From IMG/VR virus record IMGVR_UViG_3300035688_001178: a stretch of 20,000 nucleotides of DNA; one strand, written 5' to 3'. This document shows, in pieces, positions 1-8,358 of this stretch. Position numbers and translations under genes: made by a program. Source of the stretch: an uncultured virus (IMG/VR IMGVR_UViG_3300035688_001178). Its lineage: Duplodnaviria > Heunggongvirae > Uroviricota > Caudoviricetes. The first letter of the stretch is position 1. Each line of letters begins with the position of its first letter. A model generated the notes under the pieces. It worked only from the letters and a program-made list of their open reading frames with translations, was not told the origin of the DNA and did no database searches.

Positions 1-1
1 C

Positions 2-532
2 GTGAAAGTTCTAAAACACTTGGTTCCTGTGCCTGCTAAAGTTCTTGATTCAGGGTGCGGTATTGGAAAGCACTTGCGGTCTTTCACGAAATTAGGCTAC
101 ATAGCCATGGGCGTAGAACAGTCCAAGGTTGGCGCTGGATACGCGAGACAGCTTAATCCAACAGTGGATATCCTCAATATGCGTATACAGGATCTCATCC
201 TCAAAAACGTGTTCGACCTCGTTTTTACAAGCGCCGTTCTTCAGCATAGTCTTCACGAAAGGCAAGTGGTGATCTTGCAGAAGTTTTACGAGGCTCTAAA
301 ACCGAACGGAATATACTTCTGCACAGAAAACACGTTAACGGAGCAGAACGTTAGCGTACATTACAAGAAGACTGCAAGCGGATTCGAACGTCTAGCGTTC
401 AGTGAAGACGCTTCAGACGGGTACAGCTTCACTGAAAAGGGATGGATAAAATTTCTTGCCGAACAAGGATTCAGGCATATTAAAACTATTTGGCCTTGGC
501 CATTCTACTTCTACAGAAAGGTCGAGAAATGA
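2..532 (+). CDS. Class I SAM-dependent methyltransferase (possibly 5'-truncated by window edge)
   Basis: Motif I VLDSGCGIG, acidic residue in GVE, FDLVFTSAVLQH, and LKPNG motif; stop overlaps next ATG (ATGA). Confidence 0.88.
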   Translation: MKVLKHLVPVPAKVLDSGCGIGKHLRSFTKLGYIAMGVEQSKVGAGYARQLNPTVDILNMRIQDLILKNVFDLVFTSAVLQHSLHERQVVILQKFYEALKPNGIYFCTENTLTEQNVSVHYKKTASGFERLAFSEDASDGYSFTEKGWIKFLAEQGFRHIKTIWPWPFYFYRKVEK

Positions 533-1335
533 TGCAGGACAACATTACAATCGAGACCAGCAGCGAGTGCAACGCGAGATGCATCATCTGCCCCAACGGT
601 CAGAAAGCACGACCTCACCATCAGATGTCTCTTGAAGAATTTGAGGCAATACTCAGATTCTTTCCAGAACTGAAAACAGTCGTGTTATGCGGCATGTATG
701 AGCCCCTGCTCGAATCGTTTGGACGTCTAAACAAAATCTTGACGTTAATCGGGAAGGTTCATCCGACAGCTGACGTTACAATTTTTACGAATGGTTCTTT
801 ACTCACTCAAGAAAAGGGCCTGATGCTCAAGTCGCACCCTAACTTCAGGAATCTCGTAGTCAGCATCCACGGAGCCAGCGAGGAAGTCTACGAGTCAGTA
901 ATGGGTCTAGACTATCACACAGTTTACACTAACGTGTTAAATTTTCTCGACCTAATAGCCTATGATCCCACAATTCGTGTCAGCGTCAGCTTCGTAAGAA
1001 CCAAACAGAACATTCACGAACTCAGCGATTTCCGAAAATTCTGGACTGGAAGAGTCGACAACGTATCCGATTTTGAGTGTATGAATTGGCGAGGCGCTGT
1101 CGACAAAAATCTAGTGCTCTACGAATTCCCAAAGCATATCAGAGCATGCCCTATGTTCGACCAGCCCTTAGTCATTGACGCCCATGGCAACATAGTTCGA
1201 TGTTGCTATGACTTCTCGTTCAATTACGGCCATGTACTACACGGCGGCTATGAAGCGTGGAAGGCCAGAAACAGAGTGTCAGCCACGTATCCAACTGAAG
1301 AGTGTAAGACTTGTTTAGGATGGAGGCATTATTGA
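529..1335 (+). CDS. Radical SAM protein with C-terminal SPASM/twitch domain
   Basis: CNARCIIC (CxxxCxxC), GMYEP, TNG, and C-terminal CPMF...GNIVRCCYD...CKTC. Start set at ATG 529, which overlaps the upstream stop. Confidence 0.9.
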   Translation: MMQDNITIETSSECNARCIICPNGQKARPHHQMSLEEFEAILRFFPELKTVVLCGMYEPLLESFGRLNKILTLIGKVHPTADVTIFTNGSLLTQEKGLMLKSHPNFRNLVVSIHGASEEVYESVMGLDYHTVYTNVLNFLDLIAYDPTIRVSVSFVRTKQNIHELSDFRKFWTGRVDNVSDFECMNWRGAVDKNLVLYEFPKHIRACPMFDQPLVIDAHGNIVRCCYDFSFNYGHVLHGGYEAWKARNRVSATYPTEECKTCLGWRHY

Positions 1336-1401
1336 ATGGAAACCCACAATATTTATGAATCAGAAGAGTATAAACCGAAGCACAACAAAACAGGTGAATA
1401 G
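1336..1401 (+). CDS. Possible 21-aa mini-ORF (METHNIYESEEYKPKHNKTGE)
   Basis: ATG directly after the radical SAM stop, GGAGG at 1322-1326 upstream, and it fills the gap to the next gene. Confidence 0.3.
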   Translation: METHNIYESEEYKPKHNKTGE

Positions 1402-1403
1402 CT

Positions 1404-1919
1404 ATGGTATATGAAATTGACCCCTCAGCAGATGTAACGCACCATGCGTATCAATTAGCCGCGTTAACCTTAAATGCCAAACACGTTGTCGAACTCGGCA
1501 CTGGTCAAGGATGGTCCCTGAAGTACTTCCTAGACGCCCTAAAAATAACGGATGGCCGAATCACAAGTATAGACCTAAGACCTGAAGCGCCAGACGTTTC
1601 ACCAACGCTGGAAAGATACAAAAATGAACCAAAAGTCACATTCATGAAAGGCGACTCAGTTGAAATCGGACGGAACTGGAACCAGGGACCAGTAGATATA
1701 GTGCTCTGTGACTCTAACCACTCGAAAGAACACGTGCTGAACGAACTGAATGTGTGGAGCCAATACAGCCCCAAGATAATGTTCGTTCACGACCTCTATC
1801 TGCCCACCGGTGAACTAGCAGAACCCTACTTTGCCTGTGAGGAGTTTGCACGTGTAACAGGGAAAAAATTCGTGATTCTCTTTAACAAGCATCCGGGACA
1901 GGGAGCAATACTATTTTGA
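1404..1919 (+). CDS. Class I SAM-dependent methyltransferase (Methyltransf_24-like)
   Basis: VVELGTGQGWS, ITSID, GDS, DIVLCDSNHS, HD motifs; GGTGA RBS at 1393-1397. Confidence 0.88.
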   Translation: MVYEIDPSADVTHHAYQLAALTLNAKHVVELGTGQGWSLKYFLDALKITDGRITSIDLRPEAPDVSPTLERYKNEPKVTFMKGDSVEIGRNWNQGPVDIVLCDSNHSKEHVLNELNVWSQYSPKIMFVHDLYLPTGELAEPYFACEEFARVTGKKFVILFNKHPGQGAILF

Positions 1920-2506
1920 TTAAAGTTGCTTGCGTTTTACTGTCATTAAACGAAGAACCGCGCATGCATGCAGCTCTAAGCCAGTTCAAGCCCTACGTCA
2001 CGTACATACTTGTCTTGGACGGAGAAAGTACCGATAGGACAGTTGAGTTGGCGCGTCGAATAGCTGACAGAGTGGAAGTCCACAAGTTTTCAGGCAGCTT
2101 TGCAGAAGAGAAGAACTATGCACGAACGCTAGTGCCGAAAGAGTGCAGCTGGATCCTGTGGGCCGACGTTGACGAAGTATGGGATGAAGGCTTCTTGGTA
2201 AACCTTCAGTGCACGCTTGAACACGCAGAAAAAGACAGTGTCGCATGTTTCCGTTTCGCCAGAGTCAACCTTCCAGGCGGAATTAACTATCCTGACTACC
2301 AAGCCAGGCTCTTCCTCAATAGTAGAGACATACTTTGGAAGGGAGACCTCCACGAGATTCCTTATCTCATAAAGGAAAATATTCCCTTGGACCGTGCAGA
2401 CGATGAGAAGAGACAAACGAAATTAGGAGTCTGCACGGTTAGCGCGTATCCCATAATACACCTTCAGCGTAGGAAGGACCTCAAGAGGATATGGTGGAAA
2501 ACATGA
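1916..2506 (+). CDS. Glycosyltransferase family 2
   Basis: LNEE, VLDGESTDRTVELA, FAEEKN, WILWADVDE (DxD), YPDYQARLF, LHE motifs; TTG start overlapping the upstream stop. Confidence 0.9.
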   Translation: MIKVACVLLSLNEEPRMHAALSQFKPYVTYILVLDGESTDRTVELARRIADRVEVHKFSGSFAEEKNYARTLVPKECSWILWADVDEVWDEGFLVNLQCTLEHAEKDSVACFRFARVNLPGGINYPDYQARLFLNSRDILWKGDLHEIPYLIKENIPLDRADDEKRQTKLGVCTVSAYPIIHLQRRKDLKRIWWKT

Positions 2507-3792
2507 TAGTTGGTTGTATTGGAGTTTATGGAGAAAGGGTTGAACAAGCCTTAGTCGGAATAAACCGACTCAGACCCTACGTAGATAGATATGTCGTCAT
2601 TGTTGACGAATCAGTCACAGAAGAACAAAGAAAGAAACTCGCTGACGCCGGGTGTGAAGTCTATTTCCATCCATGGGAAGACAGCATGGTCAAAATGCGT
2701 AACCATTACGTGGAGAAAGTACAAACAGATGATTGGGTTATTGTGCATGACCCGGACGAATGGTTCAACGAAGATTTCTGTAACGATGTGCGCAAGATCA
2801 TTGCACGTGTAGAAACGTCGCCGATAGATGTTGTTCTGATTAACAGTCATGACACGTTCACTGGAGCTGATGGAAAAACGTCGACGAATGTTAGCGACTT
2901 CTTTAAGAACCTCGTCTTTCGAAAGCGGGTGGACACTCACTACGAAGGCGTTGGACAGGTGAAAGAGGTGCACGAAACTCTCATCATGCCGGGAATGCAA
3001 CAGCAAGCAAAAATAGATAAAAAATACTGGTATGAACATGTCAAATACTGGTGGGAAGTCTGGGAGCGTGCAGCAAGAAACGTATTCTTGGGGGGCGGAG
3101 GAAACAACGTTGGCGAAAGGAACCCTTCATGGCTACCATTACGTAAGGCTTGTGACGATTTAGGATTGAAAAATTGGCCGCAAGCAAGAGAGTACTTCAG
3201 AAAAGGCGGGGTCCACAAGTGTTTGAAAGAATGGTTGTGGGCCGTCCGCTTTGAAGGTTTCGATTTTCACCATGAAATGCTTGAATTCGGCAGATGGTAC
3301 TTCGAGTACTTGCATCCTGAGGAAGCCGAAGGCTGGGCCGCGGTTACAGAACTCGCGCCAGGCAGTCCCCCTGAAGTAATGCGGTATGTTGAGGAATGCT
3401 ACATGAAAGTTCTTGGCAGACATGCAGATCAGCCGGGGAAGGAAATGTATACGGCAGCCATTGTCCAGGGTAAATTGAAGAGGGAAGACTTGCCTGAACT
3501 CCTCAAACAGAGCCCTGAATACAAGGAGAAAGAAGCAGGCCCAACAGAAAATGTGAAGTTGCAAGTGCCTGTCGACGTAAATATTCGAGTAACAGAAGCT
3601 ATAATAATCGAGGCACTAGGCCGAAGCAAAACATGGGCCACAATGATCAAGCCCAGACTTGACGTAGGAATATTTTTAGAACTTGCGTTAGGCCCTGAGA
3701 AATGGAATGAATTCCTCGCATGGTTCTACAAAAACCAGCCTAGCCCTCAAGAAGTACTGGCAGAACTGAAGAGGATGCTCAAATGTCAATAG
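2503..3792 (+). CDS. GT2-like glycosyltransferase with C-terminal DUF4214-like helical segment
   Basis: VVIVDES, MRN, WVIVHDPDEW (DxD), VHE motifs; YMKVLGRHADQPG resembles the DUF4214 LGRxxD motif. ATG 2503 overlaps the upstream stop, with GGTGG RBS. Confidence 0.7.
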   Translation: MIVGCIGVYGERVEQALVGINRLRPYVDRYVVIVDESVTEEQRKKLADAGCEVYFHPWEDSMVKMRNHYVEKVQTDDWVIVHDPDEWFNEDFCNDVRKIIARVETSPIDVVLINSHDTFTGADGKTSTNVSDFFKNLVFRKRVDTHYEGVGQVKEVHETLIMPGMQQQAKIDKKYWYEHVKYWWEVWERAARNVFLGGGGNNVGERNPSWLPLRKACDDLGLKNWPQAREYFRKGGVHKCLKEWLWAVRFEGFDFHHEMLEFGRWYFEYLHPEEAEGWAAVTELAPGSPPEVMRYVEECYMKVLGRHADQPGKEMYTAAIVQGKLKREDLPELLKQSPEYKEKEAGPTENVKLQVPVDVNIRVTEAIIIEALGRSKTWATMIKPRLDVGIFLELALGPEKWNEFLAWFYKNQPSPQEVLAELKRMLKCQ

Positions 3793-6092
3793 GTTGGGTT
3801 TCGGCTTCTCCTGTTGCCCGGACTGGTTATGGCCGAGAAACGAAAGAGGTGGGGTATAGAATTGTGGACTGTGGAAGAGACGTTGTTTTCATTGGCACTT
3901 TTGGCGACGTCATCATTTGGGGTGGAGTGACAGAGCAGTACACGCCAAAAGGTAAGAAAATCACCATATTATCCCTCACGAGCCCCAGCTCCGCGGCAGC
4001 CGTCATTAATGAATACGTCGACAAATACGACCTGAAAATGATAGTGGGGTTTATGGACTGTTTTGGACTGGATTACCTGAACGACGTGAAAGTACCAGTC
4101 ATAGGTTACATACCTATCGACGGCTCCTTCACTCAGGAAATGAGCCACTTCATGCGGAACTATCATAAAATCGTTGCCTATAGCAAATTTGGCTACGAAG
4201 AACTCAAAAAACATTATCCTCCAAGCCAAATAGGACTGATCGACCATGCTGTTGATGTAGACACTTTCAAACCGTTAACCACTAAAGAATATGACGATGT
4301 CCGAGAATGGTTCCTGAAAGAGCATGGTGTACCTAAAGACGCTTTTCTGGCAGTGGACATGGGAGCCAATGTTGGACCTCGAAAACTGTTACCGTTGGAA
4401 ATGGCGACCTTCAGCAAATTTGCCAAGAAACACCCCGATGCACATCTGTATCTACAAACTAATGCTTACGGTCCGCCGAGAGGGTATAACCTCATATCAC
4501 ACCGAAGCGTCCTAGGCATGGAGAACAACATTCATTTTGCAAAGCTTGACCCAATAGTGTTTCCTGCTGAAGACGAGGAGTTGAGACGCATATTCGGGGG
4601 AGCTCAGGTTTTTCTTCATAATGCCGTTGCTGAAGGTTGCGGCTTGCCGCAGCGGGAAGCGATGGCATGCGGCACGCCCCCCATAGCACCACGCAACTGT
4701 TACATTGAAGACACCGAGGTTTTAGCACCAACAGGAATAAAAAAATATTCTGAATTCGAAGAAGGCGACCTAGTGTGGTCCTTGAATTTGGATACAAATA
4801 AATTGGAAGCAAAACCCATTCTCAAGAAATTTGAGGAAGATTATGAGGGCGATATTATTCACTATACAGGAGCAAAATATGATCTCGGAGTTACTCCTGA
4901 GCATACGATGATTACGGCTCCAAGACATCATAAGGCATCATGGACGTTCGAGAAGGCTTTGGAAACAATGTCAAAAGGCAGAGCACCTTACCCAGGAGGA
5001 CACAGCCAATTTTGGATACCGTTAGTTGCGTCTTTCGATGGCAAACTAGAGAATCGGATAAGAATTTCCGAGTTCTTTGACCAAAAAACGCTGCGTTACG
5101 ATTGTAATCGACTGCCTGAAGAGATAGAGTTAGGAGACCTACTTGAATTGTGCGGATGGTATATTGGAGATGGCTCAGTCAGTTATGACCATCGATGCAA
5201 AACCTCAATGGTCACCTCAATTTGGGAACCAAAAAATGGAAAACATAGAAAAGAACTCGAGACCTTACTTGAACAATTGAACATAAAACATTGTAAACTT
5301 GAGGATAAAGTCACTTTTCAATACTATGCGTTCAAACCTTTGTGGGATCAGATAGGACACAAAGCAAACGTCAAAAGAATCCCGTGTTGGATGTTGGCTT
5401 TTCATGTCTCTTTGTTGAAAAGACTGTTTAAAGGCATCATGAATGCCGATGGAAGTAATCCGGAAGTTTCTAATAGTGATTGTTTAAGAACAGCATCAAA
5501 AAATCTCAGAGATACCTTTATGGAATTGTGTATGAAATTGGGATATTCAGCAAGCTACAGACCCTATGAATCTAGCATGCATATAATTGAGGAAGGAAGG
5601 ACCATAAAGTCATCGCGAGGCTTTGACATAAATGTGTCAACAGTAAAAGTATGTGGTTCTGTCCGTTCCAGGAATAAGAAGATGGAACACTATCAAGGAA
5701 AGATTTGGTGTTTTGAAGTGGAAAACAACCACAACCTGTTGGTGGGACGGAATGGAAAGTTTTGTTTCAGTGGAAATAGTGCACAAACAGAGCAGACCGA
5801 GGGACTAGGCTGGGTTGTTGAGAACATTGACTTGGAGGATTATGTTGAATATCCCGTTTATGTTCCGACGTTGCAGACGTATCCAGTGCCAAGTCAAAAG
5901 AGCATGCTGGAAAAACTGGAGGAAGCATATCAAAACCCCGATATGGTTGAGGCATACGGTCGACGCTCGAGACGATTCATAGTCAAGAATTACTCGTACA
6001 AGAGAATTATTCCTAAATGGCTGAGTCTCCTCAGCGAAGTTGACCATGACATAGAAGTATTGCAAACGATGCGTGATAGTTTTCAAGCGTAA
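3783..6092 (+). CDS. Glycosyltransferase family 4 (GT-B), intein-containing; about 409 aa after splicing
   Basis: N-terminal SASPVARTGYG, HAVDVDTF, and EGCGLPQREAMACGTPPIAPRN/SAQTEQ, the GT4 E-x7-E motif split by the intein. Confidence 0.9.
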   Translation: MSIGWVSASPVARTGYGRETKEVGYRIVDCGRDVVFIGTFGDVIIWGGVTEQYTPKGKKITILSLTSPSSAAAVINEYVDKYDLKMIVGFMDCFGLDYLNDVKVPVIGYIPIDGSFTQEMSHFMRNYHKIVAYSKFGYEELKKHYPPSQIGLIDHAVDVDTFKPLTTKEYDDVREWFLKEHGVPKDAFLAVDMGANVGPRKLLPLEMATFSKFAKKHPDAHLYLQTNAYGPPRGYNLISHRSVLGMENNIHFAKLDPIVFPAEDEELRRIFGGAQVFLHNAVAEGCGLPQREAMACGTPPIAPRNCYIEDTEVLAPTGIKKYSEFEEGDLVWSLNLDTNKLEAKPILKKFEEDYEGDIIHYTGAKYDLGVTPEHTMITAPRHHKASWTFEKALETMSKGRAPYPGGHSQFWIPLVASFDGKLENRIRISEFFDQKTLRYDCNRLPEEIELGDLLELCGWYIGDGSVSYDHRCKTSMVTSIWEPKNGKHRKELETLLEQLNIKHCKLEDKVTFQYYAFKPLWDQIGHKANVKRIPCWMLAFHVSLLKRLFKGIMNADGSNPEVSNSDCLRTASKNLRDTFMELCMKLGYSASYRPYESSMHIIEEGRTIKSSRGFDINVSTVKVCGSVRSRNKKMEHYQGKIWCFEVENNHNLLVGRNGKFCFSGNSAQTEQTEGLGWVVENIDLEDYVEYPVYVPTLQTYPVPSQKSMLEKLEEAYQNPDMVEAYGRRSRRFIVKNYSYKRIIPKWLSLLSEVDHDIEVLQTMRDSFQA
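4698..5777 (+). mobile_element. Intein (360 aa) with LAGLIDADG homing endonuclease
   Basis: Cys1 (CYIEDTEVL), block B VTPEH, LAGLIDADG motifs LCGWYIGDGS and FKGIMNADGS, block F IWCFEVENNHNLLV, C-terminal SGN followed by extein Ser+1. Confidence 0.93.
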
Positions 6093-6110
6093 AAACAAAG
6101 AAAAAAGGGA
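6091..6110 (-). terminator. Oligo-T archaeal-type terminator for the minus-strand operon
   Basis: Minus strand reads TCCCTTTTTTCTTTGTTTTT just after the stop at 6123, in a convergent gap. Confidence 0.55.
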
Positions 6111-6122
6111 AGTTTAGGTTCT

Positions 6123-6410
6123 TTATCTTCTTGTTGGTGTTGGTGCTGGTGCTGGTATCCAATCTTTCAGTTTCGGAAACATTGTCGTTAATCTGTCTCT
6201 GATGCCGAAATTGGGCAAGTTCGTCAGCAATCCGCCGCCTAGTCCTTGGGCATAAGGCACTATTGGGGGGGCTCCGAACCCGCGAGCTAAGCGGTCTCTG
6301 GCAACTCGAACGGCGTCTTTGTCGACTGCAACTAAGTCAGGGTCGTATTCTTGTCTGTCAAAGCCTGCAATGTGAAGGTTTGAGAGTATTCTTTTTCTTT
6401 TGTAACTCAT
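6123..6410 (-). CDS. Hypothetical basic, Pro/Gly-rich protein
   Basis: ORF in operon. GGTGA RBS lies 5 nt before ATG 6410 (alternative GTG start at 6419). Confidence 0.7.
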   Translation of the reverse strand: MSYKRKRILSNLHIAGFDRQEYDPDLVAVDKDAVRVARDRLARGFGAPPIVPYAQGLGGGLLTNLPNFGIRDRLTTMFPKLKDWIPAPAPTPTRR

Positions 6411-6422
6411 CCATTTCACCCT

Positions 6423-6716
6423 CTAAAATCCTATTGCGAGAACTTCTGCGGTTAGCGTTGTTCCGGCTGTGGGGGTTAAGTATAGACTGATGCCCACCGT
6501 GTTATTTAAGTAGGTCTTGTTCTGCATGAGGCCAGCGCTCGTGATCCATGTCTTTGGACTGGTTGTTACTTCAATATGCAGTATCTGTTCGGCTATCCTA
6601 AGCTCCGGAAAGGTTACAATAAAGTATAGTGCGTTTGCTCCGGCTGGGATTACTCGAATGACGGTGCTTTTGACTATTGTTCGACCATCACGATGCAATG
6701 TTGCTACTATGGGCAT
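6423..6716 (-). CDS. Small beta-rich protein, divergent paralog 3 of a tandem family
   Basis: FPELRIAEQILHI and NTVGISLY...TAEVLAIG match LPDLKYIENILH and NVVGMSLY...CVDVVAVG of the neighbours; GGAGG RBS. Confidence 0.8.
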   Translation of the reverse strand: MPIVATLHRDGRTIVKSTVIRVIPAGANALYFIVTFPELRIAEQILHIEVTTSPKTWITSAGLMQNKTYLNNTVGISLYLTPTAGTTLTAEVLAIGF

Positions 6717-6731
6717 CCCGCATCCTCCTGC

Positions 6732-7082
6732 CTATGGGGGTCCTACGGCGACTACGTCTACGCAGACTTGGCATACTGTTAGTGTAGCGTGTGCTTGGTA
6801 GAGTGACATTCCAACGACGTTGCCCACTATTTTCTTGTTTATAGGCCCCATGAGATCTAATGGGTCTGGAACAATCTGCACCTGTATGTGCAGTATGTTT
6901 TCGATGTACTTCAAGTCGGGCAGACGAATGTTGAATGCGTTCCACACGCCTTGGGGCGTGACGTTGTTGACTGTCGTGCAAAGGCGACTTTTTGCGACGA
7001 CCCTCATGTCTTCGGTTATGAAGACGATTTCGTGAGAGTCGTATAGAGCTCCTTGAATGCCTCTATCTCCACCGATTGGCAA
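6732..7082 (-). CDS. Small beta-rich protein, paralog 2
   Basis: Near-identical blocks shared with 7100-7420; TTG start with GAGGAG RBS. Confidence 0.85.
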   Translation of the reverse strand: MPIGGDRGIQGALYDSHEIVFITEDMRVVAKSRLCTTVNNVTPQGVWNAFNIRLPDLKYIENILHIQVQIVPDPLDLMGPINKKIVGNVVGMSLYQAHATLTVCQVCVDVVAVGPP

Positions 7083-7099
7083 TGGCAGTCAACACTCCT

Positions 7100-7420
7100 C
7101 TATGGGGGTCCTACGGCGATGACGTCTACGCAGACTGTTATGCCTGAGACTTGGTAGATCGACATTCCAACGACGTTGCCCTCTATTCTCTTCCAGAAAG
7201 GTCCAACGAGATATGTTGGGTCTGGATGAATTTCAAACTGTACGTGCAGTATGTTCTCGATGTACTTCAAGTCGGGCAGACGAACGTTGATCCCCACTGC
7301 ATCAGCGCGGTTATAAACGCAGAGGCGGCTTTTTGCGACGACCCTCATGTCCTCAGTTATGAAGACGATTTCGTGGCTGTCGTATAGTGCTCCGGCTAGT
7401 CCTCTATCTCCGCCTGGCAA
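7100..7420 (-). CDS. Small beta-rich protein, paralog 1
   Basis: Near-identical blocks shared with 6732-7082; TTG start with AAGGAGA upstream. Confidence 0.85.
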   Translation of the reverse strand: MPGGDRGLAGALYDSHEIVFITEDMRVVAKSRLCVYNRADAVGINVRLPDLKYIENILHVQFEIHPDPTYLVGPFWKRIEGNVVGMSIYQVSGITVCVDVIAVGPP

Positions 7421-7435
7421 GTCCTGTCAGTCTCC

Positions 7436-8245
7436 TTACGTGGTGTGCACTACTTCGTAGCGGGTTCCAGGCAGTAGTCGACCTACACCTGTTACTGGGT
7501 CAAGTAGCCTTAGAGCTGGTTCTTTGATGTAGCTTACTCCGACTAGACGTGGGAAGTCCGTTTGCAGTGCGCTTGGTGCGCCGAAGGCGCCGCTTATCAT
7601 GAGTAGCGCCAGAACTGTGGTGTCTTGTTTGAACACGTATGCGTTGTCGAGCTCTTTGACTGCGTGTGGAGCTCCTGGAAGGGTTCTTGGCTGCCAGAAC
7701 GTGGTTAGTTTTGGCTTCTGTTTCCCGTCGATGATGAACTGGAAGGCTTCGATGCGTGGGCTGTCGTGTGTTGATTCAATTCCGAAGACGACGTGGACGG
7801 CGTTCTGACCGATTCTGATGGCGTTTGGTAGTAATCCACCCATCAGTAGAGTCGCGCTGTGGATCCAAGGTTGCGGTGCTCCCGTGGTCCATGCGTTTTG
7901 AGCTCCCGCGTAGATGCTGTTTAGGTCTTCCCAGTCGTCGCCGATGCCAAGGTGTGCTGCTTCGATCGGAAGAGGCCCACCGACCTTGTTGCTTGCCGGC
8001 TGTTCATCGTCGATTTCAGCGTCCATCTGTTCTTTCGCTATCATTGCACCTAAGAGTGCTTCAGCCTCATGTCGCCTGTATATGTCGCGTACTTCTCTTT
8101 CAGGGTAGACCGTCAGGAATTGTCTGTCGTATGATCTGCCGAAACGTGTAAGTTCCTTTTCAGTCAGGTCTCGCGTGGTTACTCCGAGGTCGCTTGCTAG
8201 CATTCTTGCGTCCTGCATCATTTGAGATAGTTCTGCTAAGTTCAT
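7436..8245 (-). CDS. Hypothetical 269-aa protein; candidate major structural (capsid/shell) protein
   Basis: First gene of the operon, with AGGAGA RBS and TATA box. Helical N-terminus and beta-patterned C-terminal half. Function is inferred only. Confidence 0.6.
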   Translation of the reverse strand: MNLAELSQMMQDARMLASDLGVTTRDLTEKELTRFGRSYDRQFLTVYPEREVRDIYRRHEAEALLGAMIAKEQMDAEIDDEQPASNKVGGPLPIEAAHLGIGDDWEDLNSIYAGAQNAWTTGAPQPWIHSATLLMGGLLPNAIRIGQNAVHVVFGIESTHDSPRIEAFQFIIDGKQKPKLTTFWQPRTLPGAPHAVKELDNAYVFKQDTTVLALLMISGAFGAPSALQTDFPRLVGVSYIKEPALRLLDPVTGVGRLLPGTRYEVVHTT

Positions 8246-8358
8246 TTCAACTTCTCCTATGTTCGTAGAAAAAGAGTGTGAATGTTCCTTTATAAGAGTT
8301 GGTGATACGCGGTAATACTTATATGCGGAAAGGTCAATTATAAAAAGGGAATTCTATT
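8246..8358. promoter_or_regulatory. Divergent promoter region
   Basis: TTATAAAG on the minus strand (about 8288-8295) and CTTATAT on the plus strand (about 8318-8324) between divergent genes. Confidence 0.5.

Larger units (their letters stand above)
6732..7420. repeat. Tandem gene duplication (two units of about 320-350 bp)
   Basis: Shared DNA blocks in both copies, e.g. CTATGGGGGTCCTACGGCGA, GACATTCCAACGACGTTGCCC, TCGATGTACTTCAAGTCGGGCAGACGAA, TTTGCGACGACCCTCATGTC. Confidence 0.92.

Noticed and set aside
6130..6156. Short (TGGTGC/TGGTGT)n repeat
   Set aside because: It simply encodes the PAPAPTPT tail of the 6123 ORF.
6732..7420. Diversity-generating retroelement TR/VR pair
   Set aside because: The copies differ by indels and by changes at non-adenine positions, both are intact genes with RBSs, and no reverse transcriptase is present in the window.
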